A stretch of DNA of 64,000 nt from an uncultured Fibrobacteria bacterium. Its GTDB lineage: Bacteria; Fibrobacterota; Fibrobacteria; UBA11236. This document shows, one piece after another, positions 1-9,363 of the stretch. The notes below the pieces were generated by a model. That model saw only the letters and a list, made by a program, of their open reading frames with translations, searched no databases and had not been told where the DNA came from. Position 1 is the first letter of the stretch. Every line of letters begins with the position of its first letter. A program made the translations under genes and the position numbers. Where the stretch lies: contig OY970309.1 of the NCBI GenBank assembly GCA_963716395.1, positions 256,001-320,000 on the forward strand, given 5' to 3'.

Positions 1-394
1 CGGCGTAATGCCGGCGCAGGGCTTCGGCATATTCCGCCACGGCGCGGTTCACTTCGGCGGCTTCGCGCAGCGGGGCCCGCCATTGCAACACATGCGCGGG
101 GTCGCGGGAAGCAGCGGCCAAGCGCCGCAAGGAACGGCGGACGGCCAACTGGATCCAGCCGCCACCCACGGCGGCCGCGAGCGCGAACAGCAATACGGTT
201 CCGCCCAGAAGGCGCTCGGCGACGGTGCGCGCCTCCGGGCCCGGTAAAGCGGAAGAAACCGCGGCCAAAAACCGCCACTCCCAGGCCAGCACCGCCGCCC
301 CCAACCCGCCGAGCCCCAGAAAGAAAACCCGGTTCAAGGTGAACCGGGGTCTTGCGGAATCGTCGGCGGGTTCCGGGTCCGGCGGCGCTTTCAC
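1..394 (-). CDS. phoR: Phosphate regulon sensor histidine kinase, N-terminal part (runs off window)
   Basis: Manual translation from GTG at 394 (GTGA overlap with the phoB stop): MKAPPDPEP...VFFLGLGGLGAAVLAWEW...TVLLFALAAAVGGGWIQLAVRRSLRRLAAA...EAAEVNRAV. Two TM helices plus a HAMP-like helix, open to base 1. Kinase core not visible; identity inferred from context. Confidence 0.65.
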   Translation of the reverse strand, partial: MKAPPDPEPADDSARPRFTLNRVFFLGLGGLGAAVLAWEWRFLAAVSSALPGPEARTVAERLLGGTVLLFALAAAVGGGWIQLAVRRSLRRLAAASRDPAHVLQWRAPLREAAEVNRAVAEYAEALRRHYA

Positions 395-1095
395 GCGACT
401 TTGGCCCCGGAAGCCGCGCCTTCCGGATCCCACTGGTATCCGAACCCAGTGACGGTGCGGATATACTTTCCGTACGGCTTCAACTTGTCGCGCAAGCGGG
501 TGACCGAAACATCCACGCTACGCAGGCCGGCCTTGGCGTCCATGCCCCAGGCGCGTTCCAACAACGCCGTGCGCGGGATGGTGCGGCCACGCCCCTCGAT
601 CAGCACCTTGAGCACTTTGAATTCCAGCGGGGTGAGACCGACTTCACGGCCGTCGACTTCGAGCCGATGGCGGGCGAAATCCAATTGCAGGCCCTCGAAA
701 CGGTGCTGCTCCTTCCCGCCCTTGGATCGCTTGAGCAGGGCCTTGGCCCGCGCCGCCAGTTCGCGCGGCGAAAAGGGCTTGGTGAGATAATCGTCGGCGC
801 CCACTTGAAAGCCCGTCAGCTTGTCCGTCTCTTCGGTTTTGGCCGTGACGAACAGCACGGGAATTTCTTCGGTGCGTTCTTCCTGGCGCATGCGGCGGCA
901 CAACTCGGTACCGGCCATATCGGGCAACATCACGTCGAGCACCGCCAGATCCACGGTTTCATCGTTCAAGGCCGCCATCGCTTCGCGAGCCGACTTCGCC
1001 GGGAAAACCCGGAACCCCTCATTCTGTAACGTGTAGGTGATGAGTTCGAGAATATCGGGATCATCCTCGGCAACCAAAACGGAACTTTCATCCAT
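391..1095 (-). CDS. phoB: OmpR/PhoB-family response regulator (phosphate regulon)
   Basis: REC domain (VAEDD, VLDVMLP, GADDYLTKPF) plus winged helix (RSVDVSVTRLRDKL, IRTVTGFGY); RBS GGAGG; divergent from pstSCAB-phoU. Confidence 0.88.
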   Translation of the reverse strand: MDESSVLVAEDDPDILELITYTLQNEGFRVFPAKSAREAMAALNDETVDLAVLDVMLPDMAGTELCRRMRQEERTEEIPVLFVTAKTEETDKLTGFQVGADDYLTKPFSPRELAARAKALLKRSKGGKEQHRFEGLQLDFARHRLEVDGREVGLTPLEFKVLKVLIEGRGRTIPRTALLERAWGMDAKAGLRSVDVSVTRLRDKLKPYGKYIRTVTGFGYQWDPEGAASGAKVA

Positions 1096-1472
1096 GCGCT
1101 TCCTCCTGAAAAGAAAATCTATCGGATTTGGACGATGGAGATTGCAAAGGATGTATTACGATCGCGTTTCAAACGTGAAACATTCCCGATGGAAACAAGG
1201 AAAACATCATCGTACGGAAATCCGACTGAAATAAAATCGCAACAGCAGAATCCTTTCTTTTCCCCCGTGCTTACGAAACAGAACATCGCACCAGGAGAGC
1301 GCATGCAGGAACCAGGCTCGAAATTAGCATTCATCCCCGATCCGTGGTTTGAAGCCATCGGACTCGAAATGAACGCCTTCGACACCAGGGTCAACGACAA
1401 CCTTTTCACTTCCCGCCTGCCGGTGGAGTTCTAACCAAGGGATCAGACTCCTTTTCATCTCTCTTGGGGATG

Positions 1473-1511
1473 GAAACGGCGGATGAAACCATTTCGAAAT
1501 GTCTTTTTAAC
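1473..1511 (+). promoter_or_regulatory. Candidate PHO-box-like direct repeats upstream of pstS
   Basis: GAAAC(1473), GAAAC(1485), GAAAT(1496), TTAAC(1507) at 11-12 bp spacing. A similar GAAAC/GTAAT pair 11 bp apart lies on the minus strand upstream of phoB (1170/1159). Not the E. coli consensus. Confidence 0.3.
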
Positions 1512-1554
1512 CCAAACCCCTCTCCCAACCTCATTTATCCAGAAAGGACACCTC

Positions 1555-2583
1555 ATGTTCAAATTAAAATCGAGCCTGTTGGCTCTCTCCCTGATCGCCG
1601 CTCCGGCGACTCTGACCTTCGGGCTCAGCCTGAACGGAGCCGGATCGACCTTTATCTATCCGCTGGCTTCCAAGTGGTTCAACGTCTACAACAAGAAAAC
1701 CGGGGTGGAAATCAATTATCAAAGCATCGGCTCCGGCGCCGGCATTCGCCAACTTCTGAACGGCACCGTGGATTTCGGCGCCAGCGACGCCCCCATGACC
1801 GATGAAGACATGAAAAAATCCCCGGTTCCCATCCTACATTTGCCTGGAACCATGGGTGCCGTAGCGGTGGTTTACAATGTCAAGGGCGTGTCGGCCGGTC
1901 TCAAAATGACTCCCGAAGTCTTGGCCGGTATTTTCTTGGGCGAAATCACCAAGTGGAATGACAAGTCCATCGTCGACCTGAACCCCGGCCGCAAGCTCCC
2001 CGATGAGAACATCGTGGTGGCCCATCGCGCCGACGGCAGCGGCACCACCAACATCTTCACCGACTACCTGACCAAGGTGAGTCCGACCTGGGCCACGAAA
2101 GTGGGCAAAGGGACGGCGGTGAACTGGCCGGTGGGTCTCGGCGGCAAAGGCAACGAAGCCGTGGCCGGTTTGGTGAAACAAGTCGACGGCTGCATCGGGT
2201 ATTGCGAATTGGCTTATGTTTTGGAAAATCATCTCACCTACGCCCTGATCCGCAATGCCGACGGAGCCTATCCCGAGCCCTCCATCAAGACCACGACCGC
2301 TGCGGCCGCCGGCGCCCTGGCCACCATGCCCGCCGACTTCCGCGTTTCGTTCACCAATGCTCCGGGCAAAGATTCCTACCCGATTTGCGGATTCACCTGG
2401 TTCCTGGTGTTCCAACACTACGACGACGCGGCCAAGGGCAAAGCCTTGGTGGACTTCCTGAATTGGGCCATGGACGAGGGACAGAAAATGGGCCCGGCCA
2501 TGCGCTATGCCCCGCTGCCGGAATCGTTGACCAAGAAGATCAAAGAATCCATCGCCACCATCACCTACGGCAATGCCAAATAG
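1555..2583 (+). CDS. pstS: Phosphate ABC transporter substrate-binding protein
   Basis: Signal peptide, then LNGAGSTF, YQSIGSGAG, DFGASDAPM, HRADGSGTT, GGKGN; RBS AGAAAGGA before ATG 1555. Confidence 0.97.
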   Translation: MFKLKSSLLALSLIAAPATLTFGLSLNGAGSTFIYPLASKWFNVYNKKTGVEINYQSIGSGAGIRQLLNGTVDFGASDAPMTDEDMKKSPVPILHLPGTMGAVAVVYNVKGVSAGLKMTPEVLAGIFLGEITKWNDKSIVDLNPGRKLPDENIVVAHRADGSGTTNIFTDYLTKVSPTWATKVGKGTAVNWPVGLGGKGNEAVAGLVKQVDGCIGYCELAYVLENHLTYALIRNADGAYPEPSIKTTTAAAAGALATMPADFRVSFTNAPGKDSYPICGFTWFLVFQHYDDAAKGKALVDFLNWAMDEGQKMGPAMRYAPLPESLTKKIKESIATITYGNAK

Positions 2584-2668
2584 TGATTTACGGGAGAAGT
2601 CCCTTTCGGTTTCTGCCGGCAGCCGTGTCCGGAATTCCCATCCGGATCCGCGACGGTCAGAGGTACCC

Positions 2669-3640
2669 ATGAAAGCGACCCCTCCGCAAGATTCTTCGAG
2701 TCACCCCCGCAAGGGCTGGGGTGACTCCGTCTTTCGCTGGGTGACGGCCGGCTTCGCCGGCCTCATTCTGCTGCTGGCCATCGCCATCGCCATCGAACTT
2801 TGCCTCGCCTCCATTCCCGCCTTCAAGGGGATGGGATGGCATTTTTTCACCACCGAAGTTTGGGATCCGGTGCATGAAAAATTCGGAGCCCTGGCCTTCG
2901 TTTACGGCAGCGTGCTCTCCTCCCTGATCGGTTTCGCCTTGGCGACCCCGTTCGGAATCGGGATCGCCCTTTTTCTGACCGAAATGGCGCCCCGCCTGAT
3001 CCGCGAACCCATTTCCTTTCTCGTTGAGATTCTCGCCGCCATCCCCAGCGTGGTGTATGGCTTATGGGGAATTTTCGTGCTGGCGCCGTTCATGGCGCAC
3101 CACATCGACCCGCTTCTGGTCACCGTTTTCGGTAAACCGTTTTTTGCCCGTTCCTATGGCGGGCTTTCCCTGCTCAGCGCCGGCGTCATTCTCGCCATCA
3201 TGATTCTTCCCACCATCATGGCGGTGAGCCGCGAAATTTTCATTTCCATTCCGCGCAGCGCGCGCGAAGCCGCCCTGGCTTTGGGGGCCACGAAATGGGA
3301 AACCATCGCGGTCACGGTGCTGGCTCCCTCTAAGCCCGGCATTGTCGGCGCCTTGATGCTGGGGTTGGGCCGCGCCCTGGGCGAAACCATGGCGGTCACC
3401 ATGATTATCGGCAACCGCCCCGAGATTTCCTTGAACCTGCTGGCCCCTTCGCATACCATCGCCGCGGTGATCGCCAACGAATTCGCCGAGGCGGTCAGCG
3501 ACATGCACCTGGCGGCCCTATCGGAATTGGGATTGATTCTGATGGGGGTCACGGTATTGGTCAATATCGCCGCGCAAGTGCTGGTTTGGAGCACGACGAC
3601 CCGCGTTCAAACCCATCACAGCCACGCCAAGAAGGCTTAA
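2669..3640 (+). CDS. pstC: Phosphate ABC transporter permease PstC
   Basis: LAAIPSVVYGLWG, EAALALGAT, GRALGETMAV, IANEFAEA motifs; operon order. Confidence 0.95.
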   Translation: MKATPPQDSSSHPRKGWGDSVFRWVTAGFAGLILLLAIAIAIELCLASIPAFKGMGWHFFTTEVWDPVHEKFGALAFVYGSVLSSLIGFALATPFGIGIALFLTEMAPRLIREPISFLVEILAAIPSVVYGLWGIFVLAPFMAHHIDPLLVTVFGKPFFARSYGGLSLLSAGVILAIMILPTIMAVSREIFISIPRSAREAALALGATKWETIAVTVLAPSKPGIVGALMLGLGRALGETMAVTMIIGNRPEISLNLLAPSHTIAAVIANEFAEAVSDMHLAALSELGLILMGVTVLVNIAAQVLVWSTTTRVQTHHSHAKKA

Positions 3641-3651
3641 GGGTACCTCTC

Positions 3652-4485
3652 ATGGCGAATCGATATTTCAGCATGCGGCGCAAGGTGACGGACCACGTCA
3701 TGCGCTCCATCTGCTTCCTGATGGCCGCGTCGATCATGGTTCCCTTGATCAGCCTGGTGATCTACGTGGCGGCGCGCGGCCTGAAGCGTTTCGATCTTAA
3801 TTTCTTCACCCATCTACCCGCCCCGGTGGGCGAGCCGGGCGGAGGCATGGCCAATGCCATCGTGGGGACCCTCCTGATGGTGGGTATCGCCTGCGCGGTC
3901 AGCCTCCCCATCAGTATCATGGCCGGTGTTTACCTTTCCGAAGTCGGAAGAAAATCCCGTTTCGCTTCCCTGGTGCGTTTCACCGCCGACGTCCTGTCGG
4001 GGGTACCCTCCATCGTGGTGGGAATTTTCGTGTACCAAATCGTGGTCAAGCCCACTCACCATTTTTCGGCCTTCGCGGGCGGCGTTTCCCTGGGCATTCT
4101 GATGGTTCCCCTGGTCACGCGCATCACCGAGGAATTGCTGAAACTGGTTCCGCGCTCCTTGACCGAAGGCTCGCTGGCGCTCGGCGCCCCGGCCTGGAAA
4201 ACGACGTTTCTGGTCGTGCTGCATGCCGCACGGGCCGGCATCGTCACCGGCGCCTTGCTGGCGCTGGCGCGCATTACCGGAGAAACCGCCCCACTTTTGT
4301 TTACCTCGTTGAACAATCAATTTTGGCCGTCGGGAATTTATTCACCCACGGCCTCGCTGACAGTGCAGGTGTTCACCTTCGCCATCTCCCCCTTTAAAGA
4401 TTGGCAGGACCAGGCCTGGACGGGCGCCTTGGTGCTTCTCCTGCTTGGTGTTTATCGTCAGCCTGGCTCTCCCGATTCGCTTTGA
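3652..4485 (+). CDS. pstA: Phosphate ABC transporter permease PstA (3' end probably affected by indel errors; corrected stop ~4511)
   Basis: GGMANAIVGT, LSGVPSIVVG, EGSLALGA, ARITGETAPLLFT; the last TM helix shifts frame near 4445. Confidence 0.93.
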   Translation: MANRYFSMRRKVTDHVMRSICFLMAASIMVPLISLVIYVAARGLKRFDLNFFTHLPAPVGEPGGGMANAIVGTLLMVGIACAVSLPISIMAGVYLSEVGRKSRFASLVRFTADVLSGVPSIVVGIFVYQIVVKPTHHFSAFAGGVSLGILMVPLVTRITEELLKLVPRSLTEGSLALGAPAWKTTFLVVLHAARAGIVTGALLALARITGETAPLLFTSLNNQFWPSGIYSPTASLTVQVFTFAISPFKDWQDQAWTGALVLLLLGVYRQPGSPDSL

Positions 4486-4571
4486 AAGGCGTGCGGCAGC
4501 TTTCCAACTAAATCCTGCGGCCCTCGGATCCAGCGCCCCATTTTTCTCTCAACCCCGGCAGTGAAGGCATT

Positions 4572-5378
4572 ATGACCACCGAAACCACTCCCTCAAAACA
4601 AGCCGCCTCGGAAACGAATTCGCACCCCGTCAAGATGAGCGTTCGCAACCTCAATTTGCATTACGGCCCCAAGCAGGCCCTGCACGACATCAATATGGAT
4701 GTCCGGGAAAATTGGGTGACGGCTTTGATCGGCCCTTCGGGCTGCGGCAAATCGACCTTTTTGCGGACGCTCAACCGCATGAACGATTTGATCGACAATG
4801 TGCGCATCGATGGGAGCATTCAGGTGGACGGGAAGGATATCTACAACCAAGGCTTGGACGTGGTCGCCTTGCGCAAACGCGTGGGGATGATCTTTCAGAA
4901 ATCCAACCCCTTTCCGAAATCCATCTATGACAACGTGGCCTACGGCCCGCGCATCCACGGGCTGCGCGACAAAAAAAAGCTCGATGCGCTGGTCGAAAAA
5001 AGCCTTCGCCAGGCGGCGTTGTGGGACGAAGTCAAAGACGAGTTGAACAAAAGCGCCTTGGCCCTTTCGGGCGGCCAGCATCAACGCCTCTGCATCGCCC
5101 GGGCCTTGGCGGTGGAACCCGAAGTGCTGCTGATGGACGAACCCGCATCGGCCCTCGATCCATTGGCCACGGCCAAAATCGAAGAATTGATTTACGAACT
5201 GAAAGATCGCTACACCATCGTGATCGTGACCCACAACATGCAACAGGCCGCGCGCGTTTCCGGAGACACGGCGTTCTTTTACATGGGGCAGTTGATAGAA
5301 TTCGGCGCCACCGAAAAAATTTTCACCCAGCCCAAGGAAAAGAAAACCGAAGATTACGTCACGGGTAGGTTCGGATGA
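4572..5378 (+). CDS. pstB: Phosphate ABC transporter ATP-binding protein
   Basis: [50 protein letters not shown]-terminal YVTGRFG. Confidence 0.97.
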   Translation: MTTETTPSKQAASETNSHPVKMSVRNLNLHYGPKQALHDINMDVRENWVTALIGPSGCGKSTFLRTLNRMNDLIDNVRIDGSIQVDGKDIYNQGLDVVALRKRVGMIFQKSNPFPKSIYDNVAYGPRIHGLRDKKKLDALVEKSLRQAALWDEVKDELNKSALALSGGQHQRLCIARALAVEPEVLLMDEPASALDPLATAKIEELIYELKDRYTIVIVTHNMQQAARVSGDTAFFYMGQLIEFGATEKIFTQPKEKKTEDYVTGRFG

Positions 5379-5424
5379 GGGCGGCTCCGTCCACCCCGAG
5401 GGGTTTTGCCCCTACGCCCGCTCC

Positions 5425-5461
5425 CCGCTCCCCTTTCCCGCCCCGGCGGGAAAGGGGGCGG
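5425..5461. repeat. GC-rich palindromic hairpin (REP-like or mRNA-stabilising) between pstB and phoU
   Basis: CCGCTCCCCTTTCCCGCC-CC-GGCGGGAAAGGGGGCGG, ~17 bp stem with one bulge. Confidence 0.55.
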
Positions 5462-5522
5462 TTTCCGGGCAAAGCGAATTGTACTTCAGGCGTGTTGGTT
5501 CAATACTAAATTCGGAGATCCT

Positions 5523-6212
5523 ATGGAACGTCATTTTGATAAAGACCTGGCCACGCTGCGGGAAACCCTGTCGCGGATGGTGGCGCTATGCCACAACGGA
5601 CTCGAAGTCACCGCCCGGTCTTTTCGCGAGGGCGACGCCGCCATCGCCGAATCGGCCTTCCGCAACGAGCGTTCGGTGAACCAGTTGGAAATCGAAATCG
5701 ATCACGGCGTGGCCGACTGCTTCGCCCTGTTTCAACCCGTGGCGGTCGATTTGCGCTTTTTGCTGGCCATTCTGAAGATCAACAATGATTTGGAACGCAT
5801 CGGCGATCACATCGTCAACATCGCCCAATCCACCGTATCTTGCGCTTCGCATGCGCCGCTCTCCACCGCCCTGGAATTGCCGCGCATGTTCGATCTGGCG
5901 CAGAGCATGTATGACGACGCCTGCAACAGCTTTTTCGAAAAGGATCTGGAAACCTCCCGCGGGGTGCTCGAAACCGACGACATGCTCGACAGCCTCAACC
6001 GCTCCAACACCCGCGAGGCCATCCAATTGGTCAAAGACGGCGCTCTGGAACTGGAGTTGGCTCTGGAACTGCTGCGCATCTCGCGCAACCTGGAGCGCAT
6101 CGGCGATCTTTCCACCAATATCGCCGAAGAAGTGATCTTTCACGTCCAGGCCAAGGTGGTCAAGCATCACCTCGACGAATTGGACGAGAAGACGAAATCG
6201 GCCCAAGCCTGA
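5523..6212 (+). CDS. phoU: Phosphate signalling complex protein PhoU
   Basis: QPVAVDLR, DLERIGDH, NLERIGDLSTNIAEEV tandem PhoU motifs; RBS GGAG. Confidence 0.95.
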   Translation: MERHFDKDLATLRETLSRMVALCHNGLEVTARSFREGDAAIAESAFRNERSVNQLEIEIDHGVADCFALFQPVAVDLRFLLAILKINNDLERIGDHIVNIAQSTVSCASHAPLSTALELPRMFDLAQSMYDDACNSFFEKDLETSRGVLETDDMLDSLNRSNTREAIQLVKDGALELELALELLRISRNLERIGDLSTNIAEEVIFHVQAKVVKHHLDELDEKTKSAQA

Positions 6213-6215
6213 TCT

Positions 6216-7544
6216 TCAACGCCCGGCCAGACGGTCGTTCAAGGCCGCGCGCACCTTTTCGGTGTCGGGCGCGCAATGCAAAATTGGATTGGCGAAACGC
6301 GAGACTACACCTTCGAGGCACTGCTCGTGGTAACGCGTCTTGAATTCCGAAAACTTGAGACCGTGGGCGGTGGAAATCACAATCACCCGCTCGCCGGCGG
6401 AGATCCGACGCTCCTCCACCATTTGCACCAGCGCCCCGAGCGCCACGCCCGTATGCGGATCGCAGTAGAGGCCGGTGCGATCGGCGCGATGGGCCGCGTC
6501 GGCCAGTTGCTCTTCGCTCACCTCGTACACCGACCCGTCGTATTTCTTCAGCACCTGCACGGCCCGCTCATAGCTGACGGGGTTGCCGATTTGAATGGCC
6601 GAAGCCTCGGTTTTGCGCGCCCGCATGGGTTCGAGCCGATCGAAGCCGCGGCGGTACGCCTGAAACAGCGGATTGGCGTTGGCGGCCTGTGCCACCACGA
6701 TACGTGGTTTTCGCTGGATCAGCCCCAACTCCAGCATGAGGTCGAAGCCGCGGCCCAAGGCCGACACGTTGCCGAGGTTGCCGCCGGGAATGACGATCAC
6801 GTCGGGCGGTTCCCACCCGAACTGCTGGCAGATTTCGATGCCGATGGTTTTCTGGCCTTCCAGGCGCAGCGGGTTCAACGAATTGGCCAAGTATAAAGTT
6901 TGATCTTCGGTAATTTCGCGCACCACGCGCATGCAGCCGTCGAAATCGGTGTCGAGCGAGAGCACGATGGCGCCGTTGGATATGGGTTGGATGAGTTGGG
7001 CCGTGCTGATCTTGCCGCCGGGGAGAAACACCACGGCGGGAATGTCGGCCGCGGCGCAGAAGGCCGCCAGCGCCGCCGAGGTGTCGCCGGTCGAGGCGCA
7101 GGCCACGGCCCGGATGGGAACGCCGCGCCGCCGCATGCGGTTGACCTGCGACACCAGCACGGTCATGCCCAAATCCTTGAAGGATCCGGTATGGCTGTTG
7201 CCGCACAGCTTCACCCACAAGTCCGACAACCCCAACTGCGCGCCCAGGCGTTGGGCGAAGAAAAGATTGGTCCACCCCTCATTCAGCGATACGATGTCGG
7301 CGGGATCGATGTCGGGCAGCACCCACTCCCGCTTTCCCCACACCCCCGAAGCGTACGGCCAGGCATGCGAACCGCTGCGCGACTCGAACAGAGTTTTCCA
7401 TTCCGCCGCCGTGCGCTGGCGCAACGCGTCGATATCGTGCTCCACGTCAAGCAGCCCGCCTGCGGCGTCGCGATAAACGACCTCGTCCAACGGATAGGCG
7501 GCCCCGGTGCGCATGCCCCGATAGCGGGCCGAAAATGCGGGCAT
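6216..7544 (-). CDS. thrC: Threonine synthase (PLP-dependent)
   Basis: HTGSFKDLGM (PLP Lys), CASTGDTSAAL, ANSLNPLRLEGQKT, PGGNLGN, STAHGLKF; start taken at MPAFSARY. Confidence 0.95.
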   Translation of the reverse strand: MPAFSARYRGMRTGAAYPLDEVVYRDAAGGLLDVEHDIDALRQRTAAEWKTLFESRSGSHAWPYASGVWGKREWVLPDIDPADIVSLNEGWTNLFFAQRLGAQLGLSDLWVKLCGNSHTGSFKDLGMTVLVSQVNRMRRRGVPIRAVACASTGDTSAALAAFCAAADIPAVVFLPGGKISTAQLIQPISNGAIVLSLDTDFDGCMRVVREITEDQTLYLANSLNPLRLEGQKTIGIEICQQFGWEPPDVIVIPGGNLGNVSALGRGFDLMLELGLIQRKPRIVVAQAANANPLFQAYRRGFDRLEPMRARKTEASAIQIGNPVSYERAVQVLKKYDGSVYEVSEEQLADAAHRADRTGLYCDPHTGVALGALVQMVEERRISAGERVIVISTAHGLKFSEFKTRYHEQCLEGVVSRFANPILHCAPDTEKVRAALNDRLAGR

Positions 7545-7608
7545 GTTACCGAATTTAGGATATTCGCTGTGTATATTTCCTCTCCACTCCAACTCGGATT
7601 TAAACCGC

Positions 7609-9363
7609 TTGCGCCCTGTTCGAACTTTCCGCCTGCTCGCCGCGATCACCGTGCTGGGCGTTACGGCTTGTCTCGACGACGGACCCAACCAGGCCGGTCT
7701 CGGCTATGTGCAGCGGCAGGGGGTTACCCTGGCCATGCCCCTGTATCACTTCACCTTTCAAAATTTTCCCATCGACAGCTCGTTCACGGCGGAATTGCCG
7801 CTCAACCACGACGGCGAGTCGCTGCTGGTGGTGGGGCGTCAGGGCCCGTATCGGGCCGCGGCGCGCATGGCCTATCAAATCACCTCGCAAGCGCAACGCG
7901 ACAGCATCGCCCGAGGCTTATGCCTGCGCCTGGTGGCCCTGCCCTCGCTCATCAACGGCTATGCGTTTTTGAGCGCCTCGACCGCGCCGCACGATTCCCT
8001 CACCTTGCAGGTGGAAACCTTCGCCTGGAACGACACCGCAGGCGTGTATTCCGACTCGCTGCCGGTTTTCGATCAACGCATTCTCGCGGGCGACGCGGCT
8101 TTCTCCACCTTGAATCCCGCCCTGCGCGTGCGCGACACGGCGCGCATCGCCCTGGCCGCCGCCTACGACAGCCTGCACGACACCGTGCAGATCTGCCGGT
8201 TGCCGCATTTGCAAAGCCGCATGGCCACCGACACCGCCCACAACTGGATTTTATATGTGGAGGTCTCCCCGGTCGACGGGTCGCCCGACTCGGGCCTGTT
8301 CCGCTTTGACGGCGGAACCTACGGCGCGACTTACACACCGGATCTTTTTCTGGGTTCGTATGTCAAGTACGGGACGAATGTGCCGATTCAACTCGCCCCG
8401 TATATCGCGTCCAACGGTGTGCTGGCGCAAAACTACCTGGTGCAGCATACCGGCTCAACCCAAACCCTGCTCTACGGCGTATCGCGCGGCGTGCATTTGC
8501 TGATCGATCGCGACCGCCTGCTCGACAGCATCAATAGCCGCCTGGGCGGGTCGTTGGGAGCCGTGACCGGCCAATTCGACACGCGTTTTTTCGTGCCCTA
8601 CGCCGAATTGCGCCTGCCGCTGGCCGACTCCCTGGCGCAAGTCGACGGCCCCTATGCGCTCGACATGCAGATGTTTTCCGATCTCGACAGTACGGCCGAC
8701 GGAGCGGCGTGGTCCGACACCATGGTCATGAGTCTGGGCCAGTCCCCGCGTTTCCTGCTCTACTCCTATCCCGTCAGCGATATCGCCTTGCAAAAACCGC
8801 AAGACTCGCTCTATTGCTTTTACCGGACCCACCCCGTCGATTCGACCTTGCGCCAATTGATTTTCCTGTGGCACAACAGCGACACGGTCTACAACGACAC
8901 CTTCAACCTGCAACCCGACGGCTTGACGCGCGAATTGGGATTGCGCCGCATCACCAATGAGCTCAACACCCAAACCGTCGCCGTCATTCCCGATACCGCC
9001 TCGGCCACGGTAATCATTTTCCTTTCCATGGACGGGGTGACCGAACCCAATGGTTTCGTCGACTCGGCCCAAAATGCCGATACCAACTTCGCGACGGTGT
9101 CGCGGCGTTACTGGTGGCCGGGCGCGCAATCCCTGGAGGTCCGCAGCACGCGCGGCATTCGCTTGTTGCTCAACCGCACCGACCAAACCACCAGCCGACC
9201 GGATTTATTCCTGAAACCGACCGATCGCCATGCCTTTGACACGACCTCCGCGCATAACGCCATTCCCTTTCCCGTATTGGGCGAAATCGGATTTCCGCGG
9301 CAAAACGGCAAGTTGAACGCCACCCTGGATCTGTACCTCTACCCGTTGCGGAGCACTCCGTGA
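7609..9363 (+). CDS. Hypothetical outer-membrane lipoprotein
   Basis: TTG start, MRPVRTFRLLAAITVLGVTA-C lipobox-type signal; long ORF; GTGA overlap with the next gene. Confidence 0.75.
   Translation: MRPVRTFRLLAAITVLGVTACLDDGPNQAGLGYVQRQGVTLAMPLYHFTFQNFPIDSSFTAELPLNHDGESLLVVGRQGPYRAAARMAYQITSQAQRDSIARGLCLRLVALPSLINGYAFLSASTAPHDSLTLQVETFAWNDTAGVYSDSLPVFDQRILAGDAAFSTLNPALRVRDTARIALAAAYDSLHDTVQICRLPHLQSRMATDTAHNWILYVEVSPVDGSPDSGLFRFDGGTYGATYTPDLFLGSYVKYGTNVPIQLAPYIASNGVLAQNYLVQHTGSTQTLLYGVSRGVHLLIDRDRLLDSINSRLGGSLGAVTGQFDTRFFVPYAELRLPLADSLAQVDGPYALDMQMFSDLDSTADGAAWSDTMVMSLGQSPRFLLYSYPVSDIALQKPQDSLYCFYRTHPVDSTLRQLIFLWHNSDTVYNDTFNLQPDGLTRELGLRRITNELNTQTVAVIPDTASATVIIFLSMDGVTEPNGFVDSAQNADTNFATVSRRYWWPGAQSLEVRSTRGIRLLLNRTDQTTSRPDLFLKPTDRHAFDTTSAHNAIPFPVLGEIGFPRQNGKLNATLDLYLYPLRSTP

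Noticed and set aside
1119-1434. Short ORFs (96-99 aa) in the phoB-pstS spacer
   Set aside because: No RBS, atypical codon usage, no motifs.
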